From assembly GCA_030603885.1 (NCBI GenBank), contig JAUVWW010000001.1:2680-66679 (forward strand): a DNA stretch of 64,000 nt, in the 5' to 3' direction. Position 1 is the first letter of the stretch; every line of letters begins with the position of its first letter. This DNA comes from a bacterium (lineage in GTDB: Bacteria > Patescibacteriota > JABMPQ01 > JAUVWW01). The position numbers were made by a program, and so were the translations under genes. The notes beneath the pieces are model-generated. The model had not been told where the DNA came from and ran no database searches. It saw only the letters and a program-made list of their open reading frames with translations. This document shows positions 48,498 through 57,424 of the stretch, one piece after another.

Positions 48498-49550
48498 ATG
48501 CAAGAAAAACGACTACAAACAATTCAAGGAACAGATCCAAAAGAGGCAGTTGTTAGGCTGCTTAATGGCCTTGAAAAAAGATCAAAGGATATTATTATCC
48601 GACGTTTTGGATTGGAAGAAAAACCTAAAGAAACCTTAGAGAAAATTGGCCAATCTTATGGAATTACTCGAGAAAGGGTACGTCAGATTGAAGACAGCGT
48701 CTTAGCTAGTCTGCAAAAACCAAACAAATTAAAATATGTAAAGTCTCTTGAGGAAACCTTAATATCTGTACTAGAAGATAAAGGTGACATCGCAGAAAGA
48801 AATACTTTGTTCTCTTCTATTCAAAGCAAACTTTCTTCAGATATTCACCCCAATGTATTAGAGTTTGTTTTGGAACTTTCCCCAAAATTTACTAAATTTG
48901 CCGAAACCAAAGAACTCAAGCAAGCTTGGGCTACATCAACCTCCAGTCTTATAAAAGTCAAGAAAGTTATTGGAGGTTTCATAGATTACTTAAAAGAGAA
49001 AAATAAAGTGCTTGATACTCGGACAATGATAAATGCAGTTCAGGAAAATGCAGATGTTTCTCGAGATGCAATTTTGTCTTACATTAATTTATCAAAGAAC
49101 ATTAAAAAGAATCCCTATCATGAATGGGGACTTAAAGATTGGGGAACTATTTCACCTCAAGGAGTAAAAGATAAAGCATATATTGTCCTTATTAAGAAGA
49201 AAAAACCTCTTCACTTTAGAGAAATTACAGAGGCAATAAATCAAATAGATTTTGATAAAAGAAAAGCCACCTCCCGTACGGTACACAATGCTCTAATTAA
49301 AGATCCAAGATTTGTTTTAGTAGGAAGAGGTACTTATGGATTGACTGAGGCTGGATATAAACCAGGAACAGTGGCTGATATAGTAGCCGACGTATTAGCT
49401 AAATGCTCCCTAACAAGAGAAGAAATTATCCACGAGGTTCTAAAGCAAAGGTTGGTAAGGAAAAATACAATTCTTTTAGCTTTACAAGATTCTTCTAAAT
49501 TTAAGAAAGTAGGGGAGAAGTACTACTTGAATACAAAAATAAAAAGTTAA
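48498..49550 (+). CDS. Putative transcription factor: N-terminal sigma-70 region-4-like HTH plus C-terminal HARE-HTH-like domain
   Basis: IIIRRFGLEEKPKETLEKIGQSYGITRERVRQIEDSVLASL matches the sigma-70 r4 consensus. C-terminus HFREITEAINQI...RTVHNALIKDPRFVLVGRGTYGLTE matches the HARE-HTH pattern (RpoE-delta N-domain). Confidence 0.6.
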   Translation: MQEKRLQTIQGTDPKEAVVRLLNGLEKRSKDIIIRRFGLEEKPKETLEKIGQSYGITRERVRQIEDSVLASLQKPNKLKYVKSLEETLISVLEDKGDIAERNTLFSSIQSKLSSDIHPNVLEFVLELSPKFTKFAETKELKQAWATSTSSLIKVKKVIGGFIDYLKEKNKVLDTRTMINAVQENADVSRDAILSYINLSKNIKKNPYHEWGLKDWGTISPQGVKDKAYIVLIKKKKPLHFREITEAINQIDFDKRKATSRTVHNALIKDPRFVLVGRGTYGLTEAGYKPGTVADIVADVLAKCSLTREEIIHEVLKQRLVRKNTILLALQDSSKFKKVGEKYYLNTKIKS

Positions 49551-49557
49551 TTCACGA

Positions 49558-49581
49558 AACTTGTAACTTGTAACTTGTAAC
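49558..49581. repeat. Tandem heptanucleotide repeat (ACTTGTA)x3, reverse complement of the AGTTACA repeat at 4089-4123
   Basis: aacttgtaacttgtaacttgtaac read directly, between the stop of the HTH gene and the next ORF. Extra degenerate copies (gttacacg, agttacaag) at 49611-49638. Confidence 0.85.
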
Positions 49582-49591
49582 CCAAGAAATT

Positions 49592-50932
49592 TTGGTAGAG
49601 GGCTTGAGCTACACGTTACACGATTCGAGTTACAAGATCATGGTCGAATATTATCAGCCAACCTATGAGACCCCAGAGGAGCTTTTTGCTTTCTGGCTTT
49701 ATATTTTACGTTATACCTGGTGGGTATTTATATTAGTTGTTATATTTATTATTTGGTATGTCTGGTTTCGAAGGAAAAGACTGCAATATTTAGATTCCAT
49801 AGACTATATACTTTTAGCTATTGATGTCCCTGAAGAAAATACAAAAAATCCAAAATGTTTTGAACAAATATTTGCTGGTCTTCATGGCATTAAAACTACT
49901 CCCAATTTTGTAGAAAAATATTTTCAAGGAAAGATGCAGGAACCCTTTTCTTTAGAGATTGTAGGCATTGCTGGAAGAATAAGATTTTTAATCAGAACGC
50001 CTGATTATTATAGAGATCTTGTTGAGGCCCAGGTCTATGCCCAATATCCAGAGGCAGAAATTACTGAAGTAGAAGACTATGTTCAATTTATACCTTCTGA
50101 TTATCCTAATGACAAATATGATCTTTATGGAACAGATTTTGTACTAACCAAAGAAGATGCCTATCCTATAAGAAGTTATGAAGCTTTTCAAGACGAATTG
50201 AATAAAGAGGGTTTTCTTGATCCTATGGCTGCCATAACAGAAGTGCTATCTAAGTTGACTGAAGGAGAGCAAATCTGGCTCCAGTTTATTATTAGACCAA
50301 CGGGAGATAAATGGAAGGCTAATGGGGAAAGACTGGTTAAAAAGCTAATCGGGGCAAGAGCTCCGGAACATGAAGGTATTTTTCAGAAAACGTTTGTTAG
50401 GGGAATTCAGACTGCCCAGTATGCTTTAGAAAAGGGATTTATGAGTGTTCCAGAAGCAGAAACTCACTATAAGCCAGAGCCTCCTCCTTCTCTGATGCAG
50501 TATTTATCCCCGGGAGAAAGGGAAGTGGTGGAAGCCATAGGGCGCAATATTTCAAAGATAGGATTTGATGTAAAATTTAGGTTTATTTATGTAGCTAAGA
50601 AAGATGTTTTTTCAAAAAAGCACGGAGTGAATCCAATCAAGGGAGCGATGAAACAATTTAGTACAATTAATTTAAACGGATTTAAAGAATGTCTTAGGGT
50701 AAGAACTAAGGCGGTGTATTGGTTTAAAAAGAGAAGGATAGCCCAGAGGCAGAGAAGGATAATTCAGGCTTATAAGTTAAGAAGAATGGAAGTAGGAGCT
50801 CATCCCTTTGTCTTTAATACAGAGGAGCTAGCCACTGTTTTCCATTTTCCTTATATTACAGTGGAAGCCCCAACTATTAAATGGACAGAGACGAAGAAAG
50901 GAGAGCCGCCAAGGGATTTACCTCTTAGATAA
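49592..50932 (+). CDS. Membrane-anchored protein of unknown function, partner of the downstream ATPase
   Basis: N-terminal TM hairpin (LFAFWLYILRYTWWVFILVVIFIIWYVWF), then a roughly 380-aa soluble domain. The true start may be the second Met at 49640. Confidence 0.45.
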   Translation: MVEGLSYTLHDSSYKIMVEYYQPTYETPEELFAFWLYILRYTWWVFILVVIFIIWYVWFRRKRLQYLDSIDYILLAIDVPEENTKNPKCFEQIFAGLHGIKTTPNFVEKYFQGKMQEPFSLEIVGIAGRIRFLIRTPDYYRDLVEAQVYAQYPEAEITEVEDYVQFIPSDYPNDKYDLYGTDFVLTKEDAYPIRSYEAFQDELNKEGFLDPMAAITEVLSKLTEGEQIWLQFIIRPTGDKWKANGERLVKKLIGARAPEHEGIFQKTFVRGIQTAQYALEKGFMSVPEAETHYKPEPPPSLMQYLSPGEREVVEAIGRNISKIGFDVKFRFIYVAKKDVFSKKHGVNPIKGAMKQFSTINLNGFKECLRVRTKAVYWFKKRRIAQRQRRIIQAYKLRRMEVGAHPFVFNTEELATVFHFPYITVEAPTIKWTETKKGEPPRDLPLR

Positions 50933-50963
50933 ATTAAAAGTCTAGAGTCCAAAATTAAAAGTT

Positions 50964-52529
50964 ATGCCTGATGGTAATCAACTAACAATATTCGCCGAAA
51001 CAAACTTCCGCAATGTCCGGACCAAATTTGGTATTAAGCCAGATGATCGTCGTCGGCATATGTATATTATTGGAAAGACAGGAATGGGAAAGACTACCAT
51101 GCTGGAAAATATGGCTATTACTGATATTCAGGCAGGTCGAGGAGTGGGTATTGTTGATCCTCATGGTGAATTTGCAGAAAAAATGCTAGATTTTGTTCCC
51201 CCAAGTAGAATTAATGATGTAGTTTATTTTAATCCAGCAGATGTTGACTATCCCATTGCCTTTAATGTTATGGAAAAAGTTGATCCTTTACATAAGCATT
51301 TAGTGGCCTCGGGCATGATTGGAGTATTTAAAAAAATCTGGGCTGATTCTTGGGGACCTCGTTTAGAATATGTACTTAGAAATGCTATTCTAGCCCTTCT
51401 TGATTACCCAGAATCAACTCTTTTGGGAATTATGAGAATTTTGGTGGACAAGGCTTTTAGAAAGAGGGTAATTAGACAAATTAAAGATCCAGTAGTAAAG
51501 AGTTTTTGGGTGGATGAGTTTTCTCGCTATCCAGATAGGTTTCAGGCAGAAGCCATTGCTCCTATACAAAATAAAGTAGGTCAGTTTTTATCTACTTCTT
51601 TAATAAGAAATGTGGTTGGTCAGACTAAGTCTACTATTGATATGTCAGATATTATCAATAATAGAAAGATATTAATTCTAAATTTGGCCAAAGGAAAAAT
51701 AGGAGAAGACTCATCTGCTCTTATGGGAGCTATGTTGATTACTAAAATACAGCTTGCAGCCATGGAGAGAGTAGCTATTCCAGAAGAAAAAAGAACAGAT
51801 TTTTATCTTTATGTGGATGAATTTCAAAATTTTGCTACTGAGGCTTTTGCTAATATTCTATCTGAGGCAAGAAAGTATCGATTAGATCTTATTCTAGCTC
51901 ATCAATACATTACTCAGATGGAAGAGACGGTTAGGGATGCTGTCTTTGGCAATGTAGGAACTTTAGTCTGTTTTAGGGTAGGAGCAGCTGATGCCGAATT
52001 TTTAGAAAATGAGTTTATGCCAACTTTTACTATGAATGATTTGGTGAATTTAACTAAATATAATGTCTATCTAAAGCTGATGATTGATGGAGTAGCTAGT
52101 CATGCCTTTTCTGCTATCACTTTACCTCCTTTATCGACTGCTGCTTTTAAAGGGCATAAAGATAAGATTATTAAAGTTTCTCGAGAAAGATATACTAAAT
52201 CCCGAGTTGAAATAGAAGAAAAGATTGCTCGATGGTCTGGAATGGAGGCTAGGCCAGAAGAAGAAGGTGAAACAGAGATGGAAGTTCCAAGCGTAAAGTA
52301 TAAAGAGAAACCATTTCCACCCACCAAAGCTCCTTTTCCCGAAAAGGGAACACATAAACCATTTAAGAAAGCTTTTAAGAGGGTTTTAGAAAAAAAGAAG
52401 GAAATACCAGAAAAAATAGAAGCACCTCCTAAACCCACTCAAGGCGAAGCACGGGGTATACCAGAGCCTCCTCCCATTAGAAAGTCTGAAAAACAGATAA
52501 AGCCAGGGGAAGTGGTGGAGTTTGAGTAG
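50964..52529 (+). CDS. P-loop NTPase of the TraD/VirD4/TrwB coupling-protein / HerA-FtsK superfamily (no TM anchor of its own)
   Basis: Walker A IIGKTGMGKTT. IVDPHGEF (DPxGE motif of T4SS ATPases). VVYFNPAD (coupling-protein-like vFdP.d). Walker B YLYVDEFQNF, then LILAHQYITQ...GNVGTLVCFRVG. Low-complexity Pro/Lys-rich C-terminal tail. Confidence 0.6.
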   Translation: MPDGNQLTIFAETNFRNVRTKFGIKPDDRRRHMYIIGKTGMGKTTMLENMAITDIQAGRGVGIVDPHGEFAEKMLDFVPPSRINDVVYFNPADVDYPIAFNVMEKVDPLHKHLVASGMIGVFKKIWADSWGPRLEYVLRNAILALLDYPESTLLGIMRILVDKAFRKRVIRQIKDPVVKSFWVDEFSRYPDRFQAEAIAPIQNKVGQFLSTSLIRNVVGQTKSTIDMSDIINNRKILILNLAKGKIGEDSSALMGAMLITKIQLAAMERVAIPEEKRTDFYLYVDEFQNFATEAFANILSEARKYRLDLILAHQYITQMEETVRDAVFGNVGTLVCFRVGAADAEFLENEFMPTFTMNDLVNLTKYNVYLKLMIDGVASHAFSAITLPPLSTAAFKGHKDKIIKVSRERYTKSRVEIEEKIARWSGMEARPEEEGETEMEVPSVKYKEKPFPPTKAPFPEKGTHKPFKKAFKRVLEKKKEIPEKIEAPPKPTQGEARGIPEPPPIRKSEKQIKPGEVVEFE

Positions 52530-52563
52530 TAATTAATAATTAACAATTAGACAACTTTTGTAG

Positions 52564-52588
52564 CCGAGGTTTTTATACCTCGGTTTTT
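52564..52588 (+). terminator. Rho-independent terminator
   Basis: ccgaggt-ttttat-acctcgg + ttttt. Confidence 0.55.
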
Positions 52589-52596
52589 GATAAGGC

Positions 52597-52624
52597 TTGA
52601 CAGGATTTAAAGGTATGATAATCT
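52597..52624 (+). promoter_or_regulatory. Promoter TTGACA-N16-TAATCT for guaB
   Basis: ttgaca 52597-52602, taatct 52619-52624. SD aaaggagg before ATG 52686. Confidence 0.5.
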
Positions 52625-52685
52625 AATATAATCTTTTGTTGGCAAATTAAACAATTAAAATCCCTATAAGGGGAAAGGAGGAAAA

Positions 52686-54155
52686 ATGGCTAAGATTATC
52701 GGAGAAGGCCTGACCTTTGATGATTTACTACTTGTACCTCAGTACTCAGAGGTCTTGCCAAGAGAGGTAGATGTTACCACCTGGCTTTCTCGTCATATCC
52801 GGCTAAATATTCCCATTCTCAGTGCTCCTATGGATACAGTAACAGAGGCAGAAATGGCTATTATTATTGCTTGCCTAGGAGGAATAGGCATTATCCATAA
52901 GAACCTGTCACCAGATAGGCAAGCTCAAGAAGTGAGCAAGGTAAAGCGCTGGATGAGCTGGATGATTGCAGATCCTTATACTTTAGGTCAGGATAATTCA
53001 CTTAAGGATGCCAAGGAGCTGATGGAAAAACATAACATTGCTGGTATACCCATTGTGGATGACCAAAGAAAGCTGATGGGAATTATTACTAAGAGGGATT
53101 TGCATTTTGAGACCAATCTTGATCTAAAGATTGGAGAAGTGATGACCAGAGAAGTTATCACTGCTCATCAGGGTATTACCCAGAAGGAAGCAGAAGATCG
53201 GCTACATGTGAACAGAATTGAGAAGTTACCAGTGATAGATGAAGATAAAGTTCTTCGTGGACTAATTACCATCAGGGATATTGAGAAAAGGCATCGTTAT
53301 CCCGAGGCTTGTAAGGATGAGAAAGATAGACTTAGAGTAGGAGCAACAGTTGGAGTAGCTAAGGATACCGAAGAAAGAGCACAAGCTTTAATAGAAGCGG
53401 GAGTCGATGTTTTGATTGTTGACACAGCTCATGGACATTCCAAAGGGGTCTTTGAGACAGTGAAAATGATCAGGAAGAAGTTTGGTAATGTAGAGCTTAT
53501 TGCTGGAAATGTGGCTACAGCAGAAGGGGCTAAATTTCTCATTGATGCTGGAGTAGATGCTATAAAGGTAGGTGTAGGTCCTGGTTCTATTTGTACTGCT
53601 CGGGTGATAGCTGGCGCTGGTGTTCCTCAGATAACCGCCATAATGGATGTAGCCAAAAAAGTAAGGATTCCAGTTATTGCAGATGGAGGAGTTCGATTTT
53701 CTGGGGATATTACCAAGGCTTTGGCAGCTGGAGCAGATACAGTCATGATTGGCAATCTTTTGGCTGGTTGTAAAGAGGGTCCTGGAGAAGAGATACTCTT
53801 AGGAGGAAGAAGATATAAAAGCTACAGAGGGATGGGTTCAATAGCCGCTATGGAAGCTGGAAGCAAAGATAGATACCACCAAGAACACCAAGAAGAAGCT
53901 AAAAAACTGGTTCCTGAAGGAGTAGAAGGAAGGGTACCCTTTAAAGGTCCAGGGGAGGATGTAGTTCATCAACTTGTTGGAGGTTTGAGATCTGGTATGG
54001 GATATTGTGGTGCTCGTAATATTCAGGAGCTTCAAGAGAAGGCAAAGTTTATCCGTATTACTCAGGCAGGTGGAATAGAGAGTCATCCTCACGATGTGAC
54101 TATTACCAAAGAATCCCCTAACTACGAAGTTTCAGGAAGGGGGTGGTCAAAATGA
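52686..54155 (+). CDS. guaB: Inosine-5'-monophosphate dehydrogenase
   Basis: TIM barrel with tandem CBS insert, catalytic loop GSICTARV, 489 aa. Confidence 0.95.
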   Translation: MAKIIGEGLTFDDLLLVPQYSEVLPREVDVTTWLSRHIRLNIPILSAPMDTVTEAEMAIIIACLGGIGIIHKNLSPDRQAQEVSKVKRWMSWMIADPYTLGQDNSLKDAKELMEKHNIAGIPIVDDQRKLMGIITKRDLHFETNLDLKIGEVMTREVITAHQGITQKEAEDRLHVNRIEKLPVIDEDKVLRGLITIRDIEKRHRYPEACKDEKDRLRVGATVGVAKDTEERAQALIEAGVDVLIVDTAHGHSKGVFETVKMIRKKFGNVELIAGNVATAEGAKFLIDAGVDAIKVGVGPGSICTARVIAGAGVPQITAIMDVAKKVRIPVIADGGVRFSGDITKALAAGADTVMIGNLLAGCKEGPGEEILLGGRRYKSYRGMGSIAAMEAGSKDRYHQEHQEEAKKLVPEGVEGRVPFKGPGEDVVHQLVGGLRSGMGYCGARNIQELQEKAKFIRITQAGGIESHPHDVTITKESPNYEVSGRGWSK

Positions 54156-55540
54156 TTAAATTGGTTGAGGGACTACAGTGGGGAGATGAAGGGAAAGGGA
54201 AGATTGTGGATTGGCTCGTTGGAAAGGAAGGCTATGATATTGTAGCTCGATGGCAAGGTGGAGCCAATGCTGGACATACCGTCTGGAAAAATGGTAAGAA
54301 GTTTGTCCTACACCTTATTCCTTCAGGAATCCTTCACAAAGATGTCAAATGTGTTTTGGGTAATGGTATGGTTGTTAACCCTGTTGCTCTATTTGATGAA
54401 ATAGAAGAACTAAAGAAGAAGGGGATCAAGGTAGAAGGCCGACTGTTCATCAGCGACCGATGCCATGTAACTTTTGACTTCCATCTTCGAGAAGAAAAGT
54501 ATTCTGAGGAAGTCAAAGGTAAAGACAAGATAGATTCGACTCTTAGGGGTATTGGACCTACCTATCATGACAAGTTTGGAAGGATAGGAATCAGAATGTG
54601 CGATTTTATTAATAAAAAAACTCTGGTTTCTAAGCTTGAGGCGAATCTTGAAAAGAAAAACTGGATGTTCCGTTTTGGATACGGGAAATTGAGAGGTCTG
54701 GAGGAAGAGATTAAAGCTTTACTTGCAAAGGATCTTCCACCTGAACAGGCAAAAGAGAAAGTACATGAGCTCTTTATGGGTTATGGAAAAGAGAGGTGTC
54801 TAGACAAAGAGAAGATTATTGCCAAGTATCTCGAACTTAGCGAAAAGATCAGACCTTTTGTCCATGATACTTCAGTCTTTCTCAATGATGCTATTAGGGA
54901 GGGTGAGAACATACTCTGTGAAGGAGCTCAAGGAACTCTCTTAGACGTTGATCATGGGACTTATCCATATGTGACTTCATCAAACCCTGTGGCTGGAGGA
55001 GCTTGTGTTGGCTTGGGAATAGGCCCTACCAAAATTGATCAAGTTATTGGGGTAGCCAAGGCTTATACAACTCGCGTGGGAGCTGGACCATTTCCTACTG
55101 AGCAGGATAACCAGATCGGTGAGAAAATGCGTGAGATAGGGGAAGAATACGGAGCTACTACTGGCCGGCCAAGAAGATGTGGATGGTTTGACGCTGTGGC
55201 TGTTCGGCATTCTGTGACGGTTAGTGGAGCTAATAGTTTAGTTATCACTAAGCTTGATGTTCTTGATGAATTTGAGACCCTCCGCATTTGTACTGGCTAT
55301 GTATACAAAGGCAAGTTTATTGATTTTCCAGCTCAAATAGAAATACTTGAGGAAGTCAAGCCTATCTACCTGGATTTGTCTGGCTGGGAGGAATCTACAC
55401 GAGGAATAAGGAGAATAGAAGATTTGCCTCCTCGAGCTTTGGACTATTTGGCTAAGATTTCTGTACTTACAGCTACTAAAATATCTTTTGTTTCTGTGGG
55501 TCCGAAAGAAAGTCAGATAGCCGTGAGATTCACGAGGTGA
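54143..55540 (+). CDS. purA: Adenylosuccinate synthetase
   Basis: GLQWGDEGKGK P-loop, GIGPTY, TTGRPRRCGW motifs. Confidence 0.95.
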   Translation: MVKMIKLVEGLQWGDEGKGKIVDWLVGKEGYDIVARWQGGANAGHTVWKNGKKFVLHLIPSGILHKDVKCVLGNGMVVNPVALFDEIEELKKKGIKVEGRLFISDRCHVTFDFHLREEKYSEEVKGKDKIDSTLRGIGPTYHDKFGRIGIRMCDFINKKTLVSKLEANLEKKNWMFRFGYGKLRGLEEEIKALLAKDLPPEQAKEKVHELFMGYGKERCLDKEKIIAKYLELSEKIRPFVHDTSVFLNDAIREGENILCEGAQGTLLDVDHGTYPYVTSSNPVAGGACVGLGIGPTKIDQVIGVAKAYTTRVGAGPFPTEQDNQIGEKMREIGEEYGATTGRPRRCGWFDAVAVRHSVTVSGANSLVITKLDVLDEFETLRICTGYVYKGKFIDFPAQIEILEEVKPIYLDLSGWEESTRGIRRIEDLPPRALDYLAKISVLTATKISFVSVGPKESQIAVRFTR

Positions 55541-55546
55541 ATTTTA

Positions 55547-55591
55547 GGAAGAGTTTGTCCTTTAGTTTTAGGACAAACTCTTCTTTTTTAT
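55547..55591 (+). terminator. Rho-independent terminator after purA
   Basis: ggaagagtttgtcc-tttagtttta-ggacaaactcttc + tttttta. Confidence 0.6.
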
Positions 55592-55611
55592 TCATTTAAA
55601 ATATGTGGAAT

Positions 55612-55640
55612 TTGACAAAGTTTTAAAGTACTGATAAACT
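55612..55640 (+). promoter_or_regulatory. Promoter TTGACA-N17-TAAACT for purH
   Basis: ttgaca 55612-55617, taaact 55635-55640. Confidence 0.5.
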
Positions 55641-55690
55641 GACATATCTTTTTGTAGGTAACTTAAACAATTAAAGAAAAGGAGGTTGTT

Positions 55691-57274
55691 ATGGCTAAAA
55701 AGAGAGCCCTGATTAGTGTTTGGAATAAGACCGGGATTGACAAATTTGCTCGAGATTTAGTCAAGCTTGGTTGGGAGATTGTTTCTTCAGGTGGTACGGC
55801 TAAAGTTCTTCGTCAAGCTGGTATTCCGGTTATTCCTATTAATCGAGTAACTGGCAATCCAGAAGCTTTTGATGGTCGGATGAAGACCATTAGTTTTGCT
55901 GTAGAATCTGCTTTGCTTTTTGATAGAAACAATTCTAAGCACGTAAGGCAGGCGAAGAAATTAGGAATTGTTCCTATTGATCTGGTGGTCTGTAATCTTT
56001 ACCCTTTTGAGGAGGTAATTGCTAAAAAAGGTTGTACACTCAAAGAGGCCATCGAGAACATCGACATTGGCGGACCAACCATGATCAGAGCAGCGGCAAA
56101 GAATTTTGCTGGTGGGGTAACAGTAGTCATCGACCCCAAAGACTATTCTATGGTCTTAGAGCATCTTAAAGAAGGAGAGGTTCCTTCAGAAGTTAGACGT
56201 GAACTGGCCATCAAAGTCTTTACCAGAATGGCTGGCTACGATGGAGCTATTGACGAGTATCTGGCTAAAGAGATTCGCAAAGAACCTGCTATGAGAATCC
56301 ATCTGACAAAAGGCAAGAAACTCCGCTACGGCGAAAATCCCCATCAGAAAGGTTGGTTTTACGAGGTACCAGCGTGGGCAAAGGGCGACTCTCTGGCTAT
56401 TCAGAAGTTTAAGCAGATCCAGGGAAAACAGCTTTCCTTTAATAACATTCTGGATATACATGGTGCTCTTTGTGCCATATCTCATTATGGTGGGAAATAC
56501 CCCGTATGTGTGGTGATTAAGCACAGTAATCCCTGTGGACTGGCTATTCGAGATAATACCCTCGATGCCTATATGGAAGCTTGGTATCTTGGTGATCCTC
56601 TGGCTGCTTTCGGAAGTATTATTGCTGTTAATCGTCCTGTCAATTACGATCTTGCTTGGCAGATGTTGGCCGATAGGAAGTTTTTTGAGGTTCTTCTTGC
56701 TCCGAGTGTTGAAGTCGATGCCTTAGAGCTATTCCAAACTAAGAAAAATCTGCGAGTCTTAATAAATCCCGCTCTAAAAACACCGTATTTACACAAAGGT
56801 TTAGATTTTAAAAAAGTAAGAGGAGGAATGCTGGTTCAAGAGATTGATACTCATGAGGTTAAGGCAAGAGACTTAAAAATAGTAACTAAGGTAAAACCCA
56901 CCAAAAAACAGATTGATGAGCTACTCTTTGCCTGGAAGATAACCAAGATCTCTAAGTCTAATGCAGTGGTGATTACTAAAGACCATACCCTGATTTCTTC
57001 TGGAGTGGGACAGCAAGACAGAAAAAGGTGTTGTGAATTATGTGTGGTAAAGGCTGGACCAAGAGCCAAAGGAGCCGTGGCAAGCTCAGATGCTTTTTTC
57101 CCTTTTCCTGATGGGACAGAAGTTCTCATAGACGCTGTGATTGGTGCTATTATTCAGCCTGGGGGTTCTATTCGTGATAAAAAGAGTATTGAGCTTTGTG
57201 ATAAAAGAGGTATTGCTATGGTTTTTACTTCAAAAGATCCGAAGAAGAACATGATTAGGTGTTTCAGACACTAA
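55691..57274 (+). CDS. purH: Bifunctional AICAR formyltransferase / IMP cyclohydrolase
   Basis: MGS-like N-terminus ALISVWNKTGI...SSGGTAK and C-terminal AICARFT domain, 527 aa. Confidence 0.95.
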   Translation: MAKKRALISVWNKTGIDKFARDLVKLGWEIVSSGGTAKVLRQAGIPVIPINRVTGNPEAFDGRMKTISFAVESALLFDRNNSKHVRQAKKLGIVPIDLVVCNLYPFEEVIAKKGCTLKEAIENIDIGGPTMIRAAAKNFAGGVTVVIDPKDYSMVLEHLKEGEVPSEVRRELAIKVFTRMAGYDGAIDEYLAKEIRKEPAMRIHLTKGKKLRYGENPHQKGWFYEVPAWAKGDSLAIQKFKQIQGKQLSFNNILDIHGALCAISHYGGKYPVCVVIKHSNPCGLAIRDNTLDAYMEAWYLGDPLAAFGSIIAVNRPVNYDLAWQMLADRKFFEVLLAPSVEVDALELFQTKKNLRVLINPALKTPYLHKGLDFKKVRGGMLVQEIDTHEVKARDLKIVTKVKPTKKQIDELLFAWKITKISKSNAVVITKDHTLISSGVGQQDRKRCCELCVVKAGPRAKGAVASSDAFFPFPDGTEVLIDAVIGAIIQPGGSIRDKKSIELCDKRGIAMVFTSKDPKKNMIRCFRH

Positions 57275-57282
57275 TCAGTATA

Positions 57283-57320
57283 CCGCTTTCGTCGAGGAAA
57301 CTCGGCGAAGCGGTTTTTTT
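57283..57320 (+). terminator. Rho-independent terminator after purH
   Basis: ccgctttcgtcgag-gaaa-ctcggcgaagcgg + ttttttt. Confidence 0.6.
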
Positions 57321-57424
57321 ATTCTAGTTGACACAAAAAATTCCTTATGATAGCTTAATATAACAGTTTTTAGTAGGCACTTTATAAACCATGAAAAGTC
57401 CGCTTGGCGGACAGGAGGTGTAAG

